Source: Barthelona sp. PAP020
Lineage: Eukaryota
Assembly (NCBI GenBank): GCA_040182905.1
Contig: JARQWU010000009.1
Location: forward strand, 1 to 54,397
Reading direction: 5' to 3'
DNA: 54,397 nt
Of this stretch, positions 53,855 to 54,397 are shown piece by piece. Every line of letters begins with the position of its first letter. Within the stretch, counting starts at the first letter, position 1. Below the pieces are notes generated by a model that did no database searches, was not told the origin of the DNA, and was given only the letters and a program-made list of their open reading frames with translations. The translations under genes and the position numbers were made by a program.

Positions 53855-54397
53855 ATGATTCATCCAACTTTTCATCTCACGTTAAATACACCGATTGAAC
53901 GTGGGTTATTGACAACTGGAAGTTGTATTTTACAATAATTTTGAAAAAAGAAAAACTAACTTCATAGTTGATGGTGACAATTTATCAATCATATGTGGGT
54001 CAAGTACAGGTAAAATATATGTATTTAATCCACACAATCGAGATGAGTCCATGGATTTGGAAAAGCAACAGTTAAATATAAATCAAAAGATTATCAGATT
54101 AGACACGGGTAAATTACATTCTCATGGTGCTTTCGATACATTATTTTATGTGTGTGAAAATTCGATTACTGCTTTCAACATTGAAGAGAACAAGGACATA
54201 TATTTTATTCAGCCTGAAGAAAATATATCAGATGCAATTTTTTGTGAAGTTGTTGATTCTGATCCTTTGATGTACTTGGCGACAGATGGATTTTTGACTG
54301 GTTATGATGCAACAGGTGAAGAATGTAGTTGGAATGTGTTTAACAGTGGCATCAATTCCTTGTCTAGTTTACCATATCATAAAGAACGTTATGGTAT
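53855..54397 (+). CDS. BBS2: Bardet-Biedl syndrome 2 protein, 5' part; intron 53925-53967; runs off the window
   Basis: Spliced MIHPTFHLTL...IERGLLTTGSFDG....I...SSTGKIYVFNPH...LNINQKI..L.TG.L....DTL......I.AF.IEENKDIF...G.D..GEE..W.V. Confidence 0.88.

Overview
AT-rich, very gene-dense nuclear DNA from a flagellated microbial eukaryote. It uses the standard code (TAA, TAG and TGA all act as stops) and has rare, mostly ~37-43 nt GT-AG introns with a CTAAY branch point just before the AG. About 33 host genes are present, mostly housekeeping and ciliary: kinesin-2, kinesin-13, TCTP, RPL39, RPL37A, IFT43, GCN5, WRAP73, ATG3, SRP68, PP2A-A, CCDC25, PNGase, USP39-like, TOP3B, Rpn9, AKTIP and BBS2. 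Four things stand out. (1) Next to a scaffold gap lies a head-to-tail array of two different CRE-like RLE non-LTR retrotransposons, joined and ended by a telomere-like repeat (TAGCCCTAGT); the array abuts a casein kinase 1 coding sequence mid-domain. (2) A single ORF fuses malate dehydrogenase to malic enzyme, with residues suggesting an NADH-to-NADPH malate shunt in one polypeptide. (3) A histone H4 gene has an in-frame loss of about 36 histone-fold residues. (4) An unusually long intergenic region holds two strongly self-complementary segments, which are candidate ncRNAs. All calls rest on motif recognition by eye; no searches were run.
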